The notes: generated from the sequence alone by a model not told the origin. 61,583 bases of DNA, filler included, from Stramenopiles sp. TOSAG23-3 (GCA_900128585.1; 12 parts of 12 records of this genome joined end to end with filler, not necessarily neighbours in it), one strand, 5' to 3'. Positions 43,612 through 54,315 are shown, numbered from the whole stretch's first letter. Translations and numbers: made by a program.

Positions 43612-45906
43612 ATGTCGTCCAAGAAGCGGAAGCACCGCGAGCACGTTGCTGCGGAGTCCGGCCGGGAAGTGTATGCCGCGACTGGATTTCCGAAGGGATT
43701 GCCGGAGGAGGGGCTGAAGCAGCTTATCGAACCGTTCGGCAGTTTCTCTGCATTTAGCGTGTCGGACGACCCGGAGAAACCTGGTCAAGTAGTTGTCACC
43801 GTTTCGTACAGCGCGAGTGGGGATGGCATATTGGCCCTGTCGGGGCAAGATCTTTTCGGCACGACGATACACGTGTCCAAGGTCGGGGCGGCGGGGGAGG
43901 CCCAAGGAAGCACGGAGAAAGGCACGGACGAGAGCGTTGCCATTGGAATCGATCTTGGAACTACGTACTCATGCTGTGCGGTCTGGAGGAACGACAAAGT
44001 AGAGATTGTCCCGAACGAGAATGGGAACTTCACCACCCCGAGCTACGTCTCGTTCGCCAACCAGGAAGTTGTCGTGGGAGATACGGCAAAAGGCCAGTGC
44101 TCGTTGTTCCCGAAGCAGACCGTGTTCGACGCGAAGCGTTTGATCGGAAGGCGCTTCAGCGAAGAAATCGTTCGATCGGACTGTGCCCACTGGTCGTTCA
44201 AAGTCGTCGAGACCGCGGCGGGGAGCGACTTGCCTGCCATTTCTGTTCAGTTTCAGGGAGCGCAGAAGAACCTTCTCCCAGAAGAGGTCTCGTCCATGGT
44301 GTTGTACAAAATGAAGGAAATAGCCGAAAAGTACTTGGGGCGGCCGGTCACAAAAGCGGTCGTGACGGTTCCCGCGTACTTTAACGATGCGCAGCGCCAC
44401 GCGACGAAGGCGGCCGGGGCAATTGCTGGCCTGGAAGTGCTGAGAATTATCAACGAGCCCACGGCCGCCGCGATCGCGTACGGGCTCGACGTCCAAAATC
44501 GGCGTGGGGAACGCAATGTTTTGGTTTTTGATTTGGGCGGGGGAACCTTTGACGTTACGCTTCTCTCTTTGGAGGGGGGAGTGTTCCATGTCAAAGCCAC
44601 GGCGGGAGACACCCACTTAGGGGGCGAGGATTTTGATAGTTTAGTAGTGGACGACATGCTGGCCAAGTTCAGGAGCAAGCACCCGTCCCTTCCGGATCCG
44701 CGAGGGAGTGACACCGCCATGAGAAGGCTGCGCACGGCGTGCGAGCGAGCGAAGCGGACGCTGTCAGTTGAGTTGGCAGTGAACGTTAGCGTGGACAATT
44801 TCTGCGACGGCGTCGATTTAAGCATCACCCTCTCCCGGGGGGAGCTGGAGGGAATGTGCTCCGAGTGGTTTTTGAAAACAATATACCCCATCGAGCGGGT
44901 CCTCAAAGATTCGAAGATTTCAAAGAACGACGTCCATGAAATAGTCCTGGTGGGCGGGTCGACAAGGATCCCGAAGGTCCAGAGTATGATCAGCAACTTC
45001 TTCAACGGGAAGGTTCTGAACAAGTCGATCAATGCAGACGAAGCCGTGGCGTACGGGGCCGCCGTCCAAGCAGCCATCTTGAGCGGGGTGGAGAGCGCGC
45101 GGACCTCGTCCTTGCTGCTCCTGGACATTATCCCTCTCAGCATAGGCCTGGAAACCGTTGGCGGAATAATGACAAAGGTCATACCACGAAACACGACCGT
45201 GCCTACGCGGAGGCGGCACGTGTTCACCACCGACCACGACAACCAAGACGCGGTCATTATACAGATATTCGAGGGCGAGCGCCAGCTTACGAAAGACTGC
45301 AACAAGCTCGGTGAATTCACGCTGACCAATCTGCCAAAGATGCCCCGGGGAGTGCCGCAGATAGAAGTAACGCTCGATGTCGATGCGAACGGTCTTCTCA
45401 GCGTTCGCGCCGTGGAGAAGTCGACTGGGGCCAGGAACAAAATAACGATTACAAACGACAGCGGCAAGCTCTCAAAAGACGACGTGCACCGGATGGTCAA
45501 GGAGGCGGAGACCCATCGCCAAGCGGACCAGAAGCAGCGGGCCCTGGTGCAATCGCGCAACCGTCTCAACGAGTTCGCGTACGAATTGAGCAACAAGTTG
45601 CTGCGGAGCGAGAGGGCAAAGGAGATGCTTTCGAGCGACGAACTAGAGTCGATAGAAGAGACCTTGGAGGGTGTTATCGAATGGATAGACGATAACGACG
45701 GGGAAAACGGCACTTCTCTTGCACCCACAGAGGTGTACGAAGAGAAGCTGAAGCAGCTCTCCGCCAAGGCCGTCCCCCTTTTGAAGCGCTGCGGGTTTGT
45801 TCTCGGCGGTAGCTCTTTTGAACGACCAGAACAGCTGCCGGCCGATCAGTTCAATGGCTGGTCGAAGCGTAGCGACGGGGTAGTAATAGAAAACTGTGAC
45901 CCGTGA
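43612..45906 (+). CDS. HSP70: Cytosolic-type Hsp70 with N-terminal NLS and RRM-like domain
   Basis: IGIDLGTTYS, TTPSYV, TVPAYFNDAQR, RIINEPTAAA, VFDLGGGTFD, LVGGSTRIPK, DEAVAYGAA; ~100-aa N-terminal extension; C-terminus VIENCDP instead of EEVD. Confidence 0.95.
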   Translation: MSSKKRKHREHVAAESGREVYAATGFPKGLPEEGLKQLIEPFGSFSAFSVSDDPEKPGQVVVTVSYSASGDGILALSGQDLFGTTIHVSKVGAAGEAQGSTEKGTDESVAIGIDLGTTYSCCAVWRNDKVEIVPNENGNFTTPSYVSFANQEVVVGDTAKGQCSLFPKQTVFDAKRLIGRRFSEEIVRSDCAHWSFKVVETAAGSDLPAISVQFQGAQKNLLPEEVSSMVLYKMKEIAEKYLGRPVTKAVVTVPAYFNDAQRHATKAAGAIAGLEVLRIINEPTAAAIAYGLDVQNRRGERNVLVFDLGGGTFDVTLLSLEGGVFHVKATAGDTHLGGEDFDSLVVDDMLAKFRSKHPSLPDPRGSDTAMRRLRTACERAKRTLSVELAVNVSVDNFCDGVDLSITLSRGELEGMCSEWFLKTIYPIERVLKDSKISKNDVHEIVLVGGSTRIPKVQSMISNFFNGKVLNKSINADEAVAYGAAVQAAILSGVESARTSSLLLLDIIPLSIGLETVGGIMTKVIPRNTTVPTRRRHVFTTDHDNQDAVIIQIFEGERQLTKDCNKLGEFTLTNLPKMPRGVPQIEVTLDVDANGLLSVRAVEKSTGARNKITITNDSGKLSKDDVHRMVKEAETHRQADQKQRALVQSRNRLNEFAYELSNKLLRSERAKEMLSSDELESIEETLEGVIEWIDDNDGENGTSLAPTEVYEEKLKQLSAKAVPLLKRCGFVLGGSSFERPEQLPADQFNGWSKRSDGVVIENCDP

Positions 45907-45985
45907 CTGACACTTGGCACCAGAAAACGCGACGGCAACGCAATTCTAGAGAGAGGGGAGGAGGGGTTAATAAATATATTAAAAG

Positions 45986-46192
45986 CAAGAAAATTGGCTG
46001 TTATTTAAGAAATGAGAGTCTTATTTAAAACATACCTATAATTTGTTTTTTGAAGAATTCTTAAAGCATACTGATATAATGTATTTAAAAAAAAAATTCT
46101 TAAAGATTAATAAAAACAAAACTACAGAACCAAGTTAGGATTAGGGTATGAGGAAGCTAAATTTAATTACTTAAATAACAGCCAATTTTCTT
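45986..46192. mobile_element. ~207-bp MITE-like element with 23-bp perfect terminal inverted repeats
   Basis: AAGAAAATTGGCTGTTATTTAAG (45987-46009) and CTTAAATAACAGCCAATTTTCTT (46170-46192, at contig end). Confidence 0.7.
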
Positions 46193-48467
46193 NNNNNNNN
46201 NNNNNNNNNNNNNNNNNNNNNNNNNNNNNNNNNNNNTTAATTAATTAANNNNNNNNNNNNNNNNNNNNNNNNNNNNNNNNNNNNNNNNNNNNATAATAAA
46301 TATAATAAATAGTGGACGACTAATTATAATAACAAGAGGAAGGAAGGAAGGAAGAATGAACAAATAAAAATTTAATAATAGGACGATGGATAGGGAAGGG
46401 AAAGCTGGAAAGCTGGAAAGACAAAATAAAATAGTAATAATAAATAGTGGGTGAAATTATAAAAATAAAAAAGAAGAAGAAAGAATAAATAAGGAAGAAG
46501 AATTACAGTACTGTACAGTGTACATTATTGAATTTTATTTTTTAGACGACTTAGACCGTACTGTGGTAATAATATAGTAGTAGTAGTAGTAGTAGAGACA
46601 AAATTATACCTTTTTTTTATTTTATTTATTTATAAGTTAAAAGAAAAAGAAAAGAAGGACGTTGAGAATTGAAATGAGATTCCAATTATAAATAGAATAT
46701 AAATAAATATTTTTAAGCTTTAGAGCTTTAGAGCTTAGAAGCAAGAATTGAGAACAACTACGAAGATAGATAGAAAGACGACTACGTAGACAAACTAGTC
46801 TCTAACAACTCTTTAAATTATAATGTACAAATATATATAGTAGTTTTAATTAAAATATAAGTAAACAAATACGTAGACTAATATTACTATAATAGGATAG
46901 AACAGAAGAAGAAGAGACGAAGTAACAAAAGTCGAAGAAATAACATTTTTTTAAATATAGTATTATCGTAGTGTAGATAATATTTACGTATCAACGGTGG
47001 CGTAAAGTATCTGTTTGTTTTATTGATATCATAGTAATGCATTCTAATTTATACGTCAAGAAAGTATCATCAAAAATGTTTCAATACTATGCTGTTATTA
47101 TCTTAGTAAAAAATGAACTGACAGGATATCAAAATTATAATTGCCTATATAAGAATTATATACTATTTAAAAACTAAGTACATGTTTGGCCGTTGCCTAG
47201 TCGTTTCGCGTTTGACACTTTTCGTTTTCTATAGAATCTCCCTATGCCCCTGTTAAATAAAAATAAAAATGAGAATTGAAGACCCAAACCTACAAACTCA
47301 AAAACTGCCTTTGATTCTTCAATGCTATTCTCTTTCTATTTATTATTTGATTGACCCAATCGATAAATAAAATGAAGCAAAGAAAGATTCTGCTAAAAAA
47401 AATTGAAAATTAAACAATTTAATATAGACAGAGCATACAGTACAAAATTATTTTGTTCAGTTACTGACGGAATAAAAAAAAACAAAGAAGGAAGCAATTA
47501 ATTGATCAAAGTTTTATAAATTCAGTAACATATAAATAACATTGAAAATATGACCGCCCTCTCATCCTTCTCGAAGGAATAAAGCAAAAAAATTAAAAAA
47601 AGAAAAAAAGAGAATGCCAAGAAGGGGCAAACACAAGAGGAAAAGAAGAGATGATGGAAAAGGCAGTTTTATTTTTTTTTTATTTTTTCTTAGTTCAAGT
47701 ATCTTATAATAATTAACAATACAGGGACATAGTATTCAAAAATAGACCTTGACGAATCCCGCCTTGTCATTTTTTATTTGTGCGTGAGGTTTCTGTACCT
47801 ACTATGTTGATGTTATTTAGATTGTAAAAAAAAAAATCAGCGAAAAAAAAGAAGAAGCAGCAAGACGAAAGAAGATGGACTATTATTATTAGGATTCCCA
47901 TATGTCATATGTACAGTTAGTTCATTATGCATACACTGTAAATGTTTAAAGATTAATTATTCCTATAGGAATAGATGAGAACGAACCAGACAAACACAAA
48001 TTAACAAACAAACAAACGCTTTTGCATTTTTTCATACGGAGTTTTTTTACCTGTGCCACATTATATAGTAGACCACGTGGCGCACACTCCATTTTTCCTA
48101 GCGCAAGCAAGCATCCGTGTACATAAAATCCCTGTACACATATAGTCGATCCGTGCCGTGCCGTGTTTTATCGTTTGTTTACTTTCGGCTTTTCCCCGAA
48201 AATTTCTATATACTCAAACCAACGATTGTTAACGCTCGCACATTACATCTTCAGCTAGCTTACAACCAAAACACATTTTTGATTTTTACCATTTGTCCCT
48301 TACTTCAATCAGGATTAGTAGGGTGAGGTACAGAGAATAGGCATTAATAGTACTGTACAGATAGCATTCGATTAGCAAAACGTCCCCAGGACATTTTTTT
48401 TATTGCTTTGGTCCCGCACACGTAGCCATTATACATATACGCCCCGCCGTTGTCCAGAAAAAACATC

Positions 48468-49826
48468 ATGAGCACCGGGCTTAGCCAGGAAATTTTAGAA
48501 ATTTCCATTTCTCCAGAGAAACAGTTCGCAAACGCCAGCGGCAAAAAGGCGAAAAAGATGGTGTGGAGAAACGGGAGACGCGTTCCGTTGAAAATTATCA
48601 GCCACAACCGAATCCAACGCTTGAGGTTCGACCAGTTCTCGAAGGGAATGCCCAAAACAGCATGCTCGTCCCCGAACGTCTGGGCGTCGGACACCCACAA
48701 ACGGACGGTTAGCCCCTCCGCCGAAAAGCTCCAGCACGATGGGCCCAAGGCGCTGAAAAGGAAGAAAAGCTACACTCGCGAAGAGATTCTACTCCTGCGC
48801 CGGGTAAGGGACGGGTTTGAACACCAGGGCAAGCCTCGGCTCACGGAGGATGGGACGGGGGGGGTCTACATCCTTACAGGGGTCAAGCAGGATCCCGTGG
48901 CCGTGTGGAAGCCAAGCAACGAAGAGGCATTCGCGCCGGCGAACCCACGTGGATACACCGCCGACGAGTCTCCAGGGATGTACCTGCAGCACCCTGACAG
49001 CCCGATGCGAGGGGGGTTTGTCGTCGGCAACGGGTTCCTCCACGAGCGGGCCATCTTTCTGCTCGATCAGAACTCGGCGATCCCAGCAGGGGTCCCGACG
49101 GCCGTCATTGCAAAAGCAAAAGTGGGCGGGGTCAACAAGATGCCCACGGAGGTGTCCCGCTGCGACCGGGTCCCCAGACGGTGCGTGGTGGACCAGCCCG
49201 TCGGGTCATTGCACCAGTACAAGGAGCACGATGGCACAGCAGATGATTACGGCGTCAAGATTTTAAACAAAGAGCAATTGCAGCGCATTGCGCTGCTTGA
49301 CTTGCGAACCTTGAATGCGGACAGGCACAGCGCAAACATACTGGTGGCCATGAAAAAGCACGACGGGAAGATGGAGGAAGGCGATGGGAACTTAATTCCC
49401 ATTGACCATGCGTTTTGTTTGCCCGATTATCTGCAGCTGGAACAGACCACGCTGGACTGGATGCACTGGCCCCAAGCCAAGGAGAAACTCTGTGATGAGT
49501 TTGTGGACTTAGTGAACCAAATAGACATTGAAGACGACGTAGAACTGATGCGGGAGACAGGAATTGCAGAATCGAGCATTGTGACCCTGCAAATCGGGAC
49601 ATCGATGATCAAGACGGGTTGTTCATTGGGCTTGTCGCTGAGCAAGATGGCACAGTTCTGTGTGCGGAAGGATCCCGAAGTCCCCTCTGCATTGGAAGAA
49701 TTGATCTCTTCCGTGGAAAAGGACATGCAGGCCAACCCCAACGTCAAATCTCTCAAGGGGCAACTCCGATACGTGGTTCACCACGTAGCTTCGAAATTAC
49801 CAGAGACCATGAAGGCGTTTCTTTAG
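48468..49826 (+). CDS. Type II phosphatidylinositol 4-kinase, gamma-like
   Basis: GTGGVY, AVWKPSNEE, NPRG, ERAIFLLD, GSLHQY, LDLRTLNADRHSANIL, LIPIDHAFCLP, WMHWPQA. Confidence 0.92.
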   Translation: MSTGLSQEILEISISPEKQFANASGKKAKKMVWRNGRRVPLKIISHNRIQRLRFDQFSKGMPKTACSSPNVWASDTHKRTVSPSAEKLQHDGPKALKRKKSYTREEILLLRRVRDGFEHQGKPRLTEDGTGGVYILTGVKQDPVAVWKPSNEEAFAPANPRGYTADESPGMYLQHPDSPMRGGFVVGNGFLHERAIFLLDQNSAIPAGVPTAVIAKAKVGGVNKMPTEVSRCDRVPRRCVVDQPVGSLHQYKEHDGTADDYGVKILNKEQLQRIALLDLRTLNADRHSANILVAMKKHDGKMEEGDGNLIPIDHAFCLPDYLQLEQTTLDWMHWPQAKEKLCDEFVDLVNQIDIEDDVELMRETGIAESSIVTLQIGTSMIKTGCSLGLSLSKMAQFCVRKDPEVPSALEELISSVEKDMQANPNVKSLKGQLRYVVHHVASKLPETMKAFL

Positions 49827-50060
49827 AGGGGGAGGCAGTAACAGATATACATTGTAGTACGTAAAAGATAAATGCGGTCATCGTGGGCCTTACCTTTTTG
49901 TTATTCTTATTTCCAGAAGAGTTGTAAAACTTGCCAAAAATCATTAAAATCTTTTATTAATAAAAAATCTCTTTAAATGCTATAATATATTATGTTTCGA
50001 TGACTTAGAATCGTACGAAGTAGGTTTAAATTTAAACAAAACTAAAATGGCAAAATAAAT

Positions 50061-51326
50061 TCAAGACGAATCCAACACTTCTTGCAGGTTCGCATAACTT
50101 TCATGCACATAGTCCACTCGCTCTAACTTGCAACACTTGAGCACAGGCGAGAAGGTTCGCAGACTATCGCAGGGCATCTCGTTGATGCGGACAACTGCGG
50201 CGCTGGTCTTTTGGTTCGACCGGTCGCCCAAGGGCCGACAGAAACAGACAAATTTTCGACTTTCAAATGAACTACGAATGACGCGAAGTAGCCGTTCGTT
50301 AGGGTATATTTCCAAAGTGGAGTTCCCTTCCTCCGTGTGGTCTACCGAAATTCTGACGGGGCTATACTCCAGGGGCGATGGGGACGCGCGACACAATGCT
50401 TCTAGTTCAACGCGCTCGGTCGGGCTGAGCTGCAGGAGTTCTATGCACGTGCGACCGTCAAACTTTACCAACGCACTCCCCGAGCCATCGTTGACATACG
50501 CGGATGCCTCCCAGCTTATGCCTTCAAAGTGGCGGTAGATTTTCACAAAGTGCAAGTGGGTGACTGTTGCACAAAGCTTTCGCGACGCAATTTGGTGGTG
50601 AGACGGCGTGTACATCGATGATATGAGCGTCAAAGGCATTTCTGGTACGTGGCGACTGAGCGTCAAGGTCGTTGGAGTAGACAGAAGTGAGCTCTTCGCA
50701 ACCTCGCGCTTTGTCCCCGAGGATTCACGCACTGCCACGGTTGAAAGAACTATGATGGTCGTGGTTTTTGTTTCCGCAAAATACCAATACCCTCGGTTTG
50801 AGACGGCAAAAAACATGTTATTGAACTGGACGGTGGCCCCTGGCAGTATTCCCCGGGGAAGGATTACCTTAGAGCAGGACAGATACAAGTCGGACTTGGT
50901 GTGCGCATTGATGTCTTCTACAAGCAGTTTCAGCTTCTTTCCATTATGATTTACGCCGAGCAATCCTGAGTATGCACTCATGTCTTGAACACGCTCACGG
51001 CGTTTGGTCGAATCGTCGCACATAGTCACGTGCTTCACCTTGCATACTAGACATAGAACTTTTGTGTTCTTTCTGCGGGCCTTAGGGCTCTGGGTTTCAT
51101 ACCACCGGAGCATGGCATGAATACTACCCTTTGGCCCCTTCAACGCACAAGGGGGGGCCAAGCGCGAAAACGAAGACGTTCGATGCAGCACTATTTCGTT
51201 TCCTGTTTTACCATAAAAGAGCCCCCTCGGATCCGTACGCAACTCGTAGGCCTCTTCCGGTCTTAAAACTGGGAGTGCAGGGGGGAAACCGTCGTGCCAA
51301 AGCAACCATGGCAATGCCTCGGTTCG
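50061..51326 (-). CDS. CTC1: CST complex subunit CTC1, C-terminal OB folds (5'-partial)
   Basis: DLYL...LPRGILPGATVQF...VSNRGYWYF...TTIIVLS and VNDGSGSA.V......ELLQL match my recollection of CTC1 (GLLPGARVHF, VEDGTAEA); open to the contig end. Confidence 0.75.
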   Translation of the reverse strand, partial: RTEALPWLLWHDGFPPALPVLRPEEAYELRTDPRGLFYGKTGNEIVLHRTSSFSRLAPPCALKGPKGSIHAMLRWYETQSPKARRKNTKVLCLVCKVKHVTMCDDSTKRRERVQDMSAYSGLLGVNHNGKKLKLLVEDINAHTKSDLYLSCSKVILPRGILPGATVQFNNMFFAVSNRGYWYFAETKTTTIIVLSTVAVRESSGTKREVAKSSLLSTPTTLTLSRHVPEMPLTLISSMYTPSHHQIASRKLCATVTHLHFVKIYRHFEGISWEASAYVNDGSGSALVKFDGRTCIELLQLSPTERVELEALCRASPSPLEYSPVRISVDHTEEGNSTLEIYPNERLLRVIRSSFESRKFVCFCRPLGDRSNQKTSAAVVRINEMPCDSLRTFSPVLKCCKLERVDYVHESYANLQEVLDSS

Positions 51327-51426
51327 NNNNNNNNNNNNNNNNNNNNNNNNNNNNNNNNNNNNNNNNNNNNTTAATTAATTAANNNNNNNNNNNNNNNNNN
51401 NNNNNNNNNNNNNNNNNNNNNNNNNN

Positions 51427-51505
51427 TCCACAAAGTCAGATTTATTAGAGCGATAGAATACGATTATAAAACACACCGTTCAAAAAGACACCAGAAGAAA
51501 GACAG
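51427..51505. repeat. Exact 79-bp inverted copy of 54259-54337 at contig start
   Basis: TCCACAAAGTCAG...GAAAGACAG is the reverse complement of CTGTCTTTC...CTGACTTTGTGGA. Confidence 0.95.
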
Positions 51506-54284
51506 GAAAATCCTAGCTAAAGACGAAAACGAAACCAAAAAGGATGTGTGGCAAAAACAACTTTCTGATTTTATCGAGTATTCGAAGTACTTTTTGAATT
51601 TTGTGAAATCTTCGTTTTGCCGGCGGAAGAAACAAAGCGAGCTTCTTCTGCGCACCCATGATGATTTGCGGCAGATCCCTACAAATGTGAGAATTAGTGA
51701 CAATGGGATATTTAATTTATCCTGGCGTATTGGAGATTATGGTCACCTGCAGTCAGAGAAACAAACCGAAGCGCGCAGAAACAAGGAAGCGAAAATAAGA
51801 AGCGAAGGGGAAACGTACAGGATAGGAATACCGTGGTGTCTAAATGTTCAGCAAGATAGTGCAGAAATTTACAATAGAATGAAATTCTTGCAGCCCATGC
51901 GATGCGATAAAAACAACGTACGACCTGGAAAGAAAACAAAAACGAGTTTGGGCGAAATGTACACGGACTTGAAACTCGAAGATGAAAATATAACACCTTG
52001 TGGTATAGCAGAATACAAAACGTACGGAACGACAGTTAAAAAGGAGAGCAAGGGCAGATCTTGCTCAATTCTTTCTTTATTCGGATGGAAAGAAACTGTT
52101 TCAAAAGAGAACTGGACACGGTATGAAGAGTCACTCACGCAGTGTTTGAAACGGGTTAAAGATCTAAAAGGAAGCCGGGGCCATCTTTTATCTGTAAATT
52201 ACGATGGCGAGAAAATATACCCTGGTCTTAAAGATGGCGGGTATGTTGTTGAGCCTGTTTCTGACCATAGAGCGAGCGGAGAGAGCGGAGACAGGGCCTT
52301 TATTAAGTCTTCCGATGCTCTCCTACGTGTAGAAATCAAAGAGTCCAAAATAGCATCGATTTGTGTGCTCCTCCACGGGTCTCAGTATAAATCTGGGGAA
52401 GTACTCCATTTTTCTTTAGGCGATATAGAAATTCCAGTTCAGGCAAAGTCGTGCGACGTCAATGTAGAGCTCTACAAATTGGACCCGGGGGATAATTCAG
52501 ATGAGCTTATAATTGACGACGGTTTTGAGCATATAATAAGTGATAAATATGACGTGCTTTCTGAAAACGTGAATTTTCAAGAAAAATATGACAAAGAAAC
52601 CAAGTTGGGAACAAGAACACTGACTTGGACTGTTTCAAAAGAAGCTGCAGAAAATACTCTAGGATATATAATTGTATTGGAAAAAGCTCATGCAAAGAAA
52701 ACGCTTTGCCTGGACAAGGAAGCCTTTGAGAAATTCATATATTTGCCAGGGAAAGGGCGTACAACTTTAAAATACAATCTTGAACGCCATCTCGAAGAAC
52801 GTTCCGATTATAGACTTGGTATAGTATCATACAGAGAGCGTGGCTTGCCTTCTAAGTTTTGTTGGATCAAAGACATCGAGACAGAAGCACGAACAAAATG
52901 TGCATTGTACATGCGAAACAACTATTGCACGGCTGTAAATACCCCAGAAGGCAAGTTACCCAGGTACGAGCTTCAGGCAGAGGAAATTACGAATCATCTG
53001 TGTGTAAAAGCTGGAGAGGTTCCGAAGGAAAATTGTGATTGTGTAAAAGTTTTCCAGTTTAATAAACAAAGAGTGTGTACCAAAACCCCTAAACGAGTCC
53101 TTTTGTTGGTAGGAGAGACGGGATCTGGAAAGACTACTCTCACGGACAGGATTATGAACGACTATTATGGAGTAAAATTGGAGGATAAGTTTCGTTTCAC
53201 TGTGCCTGTAGATAAAACATCTACATTCTATATTAAAGGTGAATGTGCTAAATATGAGTCGGACACGAAGCATGTGCGGGTAATTGTGTTGTGGCCACTG
53301 GAAGGTAGCCCTGTGCAATATCCGCTGGTTATTATTGATACTCCTGGAATTGGGGATACAGAGGGGCTTGAACAAGATAAAAAAAACTGCGCCGAAATAA
53401 GTTTCGTTCTTGGAGATATCGGCGCAAAGAATCCGTTGCCGGTGCGTTTACAAGGACCCAATAATCAAAAAAAGTCTTATGTTGCAGGGCTTGACGGCAC
53501 GATCCACGGAATCGCAATGGTGGTGAGACATAATATCTCGAAATTAAGCGGGCAATGCATATGGGTAAAAGATCAAATTCTTAGAATGTTTGGAAACGAT
53601 GTTGTGGATAAATTAATGATAATGAAAACCTTCTACGATGGACCAATCGATAACAATGCTCTTGCTGTAGAAGACGTGTTTAAAGACATACCCGAAGAAA
53701 GAATCTTTAACTACAACAATAGGTCATTATTTTCCAAACAAATAGACGTAGAAGAAGTGGACGAGAAGCTGAAAAAGAAGGAAGAGGAGATAGAAGCATG
53801 CAAATCGGAGAGAAAAACGTTGTCAAACAATGATACGGAACGTATGGAGGAGTTAGTGAAAAAAATCAAACGACTCGGAACGGAGAAAAGTAATTTAAGT
53901 AACATGAAATTGGATGAAACTTGTATGAAAATGGAGTGGGCACGCAATCGTGAAAATAAAAATCGTTTTTTTTCTTGGATGGAAGAACACTCTGTGGGTA
54001 CATCGTTAAGGAATACAAAGAATGTACTGGAGAAACGCCGCAAGCTAGAAATTCTGTGCTTAGATGCTTATGCAAGCGTGAAGGAATCTCATTGTGTTCT
54101 AGAAACTATAATGTCAACTATAGATGCAATCAATAATATAAAATTTGATGCCGATAGACTGGAGGATGAAAAAAAAGTTTTGATCAAAGTTTCGGAAATG
54201 ATCAGAAAGCCGATTACTGACGGCCGCTACGTTACCGTTTGCTTAGACTGTGATTTTACTGTCTTTCTTCTGGTGTCTTTTTGA
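51429..54284 (+). CDS. Large AIG1/septin-like (TRAFAC) GTPase with FN3-like segment and coiled coil; partial at both ends
   Basis: G1 LLLVGETGSGKTT (~53100-53140), G3 IIDTPGIGDT (~53331-53360); FN3-like LTW...GYII...LEERSDYRLGIVS; coiled coil; CLDC motif cut at the inversion junction (54258). Frame open from 51429. Confidence 0.85.
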   Translation, partial: HKVRFIRAIEYDYKTHRSKRHQKKDRKILAKDENETKKDVWQKQLSDFIEYSKYFLNFVKSSFCRRKKQSELLLRTHDDLRQIPTNVRISDNGIFNLSWRIGDYGHLQSEKQTEARRNKEAKIRSEGETYRIGIPWCLNVQQDSAEIYNRMKFLQPMRCDKNNVRPGKKTKTSLGEMYTDLKLEDENITPCGIAEYKTYGTTVKKESKGRSCSILSLFGWKETVSKENWTRYEESLTQCLKRVKDLKGSRGHLLSVNYDGEKIYPGLKDGGYVVEPVSDHRASGESGDRAFIKSSDALLRVEIKESKIASICVLLHGSQYKSGEVLHFSLGDIEIPVQAKSCDVNVELYKLDPGDNSDELIIDDGFEHIISDKYDVLSENVNFQEKYDKETKLGTRTLTWTVSKEAAENTLGYIIVLEKAHAKKTLCLDKEAFEKFIYLPGKGRTTLKYNLERHLEERSDYRLGIVSYRERGLPSKFCWIKDIETEARTKCALYMRNNYCTAVNTPEGKLPRYELQAEEITNHLCVKAGEVPKENCDCVKVFQFNKQRVCTKTPKRVLLLVGETGSGKTTLTDRIMNDYYGVKLEDKFRFTVPVDKTSTFYIKGECAKYESDTKHVRVIVLWPLEGSPVQYPLVIIDTPGIGDTEGLEQDKKNCAEISFVLGDIGAKNPLPVRLQGPNNQKKSYVAGLDGTIHGIAMVVRHNISKLSGQCIWVKDQILRMFGNDVVDKLMIMKTFYDGPIDNNALAVEDVFKDIPEERIFNYNNRSLFSKQIDVEEVDEKLKKKEEEIEACKSERKTLSNNDTERMEELVKKIKRLGTEKSNLSNMKLDETCMKMEWARNRENKNRFFSWMEEHSVGTSLRNTKNVLEKRRKLEILCLDAYASVKESHCVLETIMSTIDAINNIKFDADRLEDEKKVLIKVSEMIRKPITDGRYVTVCLDCDFTVFLLVSF

Positions 54285-54315
54285 ACGGTGTGTTTTATAA
54301 TCGTATTCTATCGCT

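Noticed and set aside
44253..45767. 504-aa ORF antisense to Hsp70
   Set aside because: Long antisense frames opposite Hsp70 genes are a known consequence of codon usage; no independent motifs.
46293..48400. RNA genes or hidden CDS in the long AT-rich stretch (also 39700-41054)
   Set aside because: No tRNA, rRNA or snRNA signature or credible ORF seen by eye; a covariance-model scan would be needed to exclude small RNAs.
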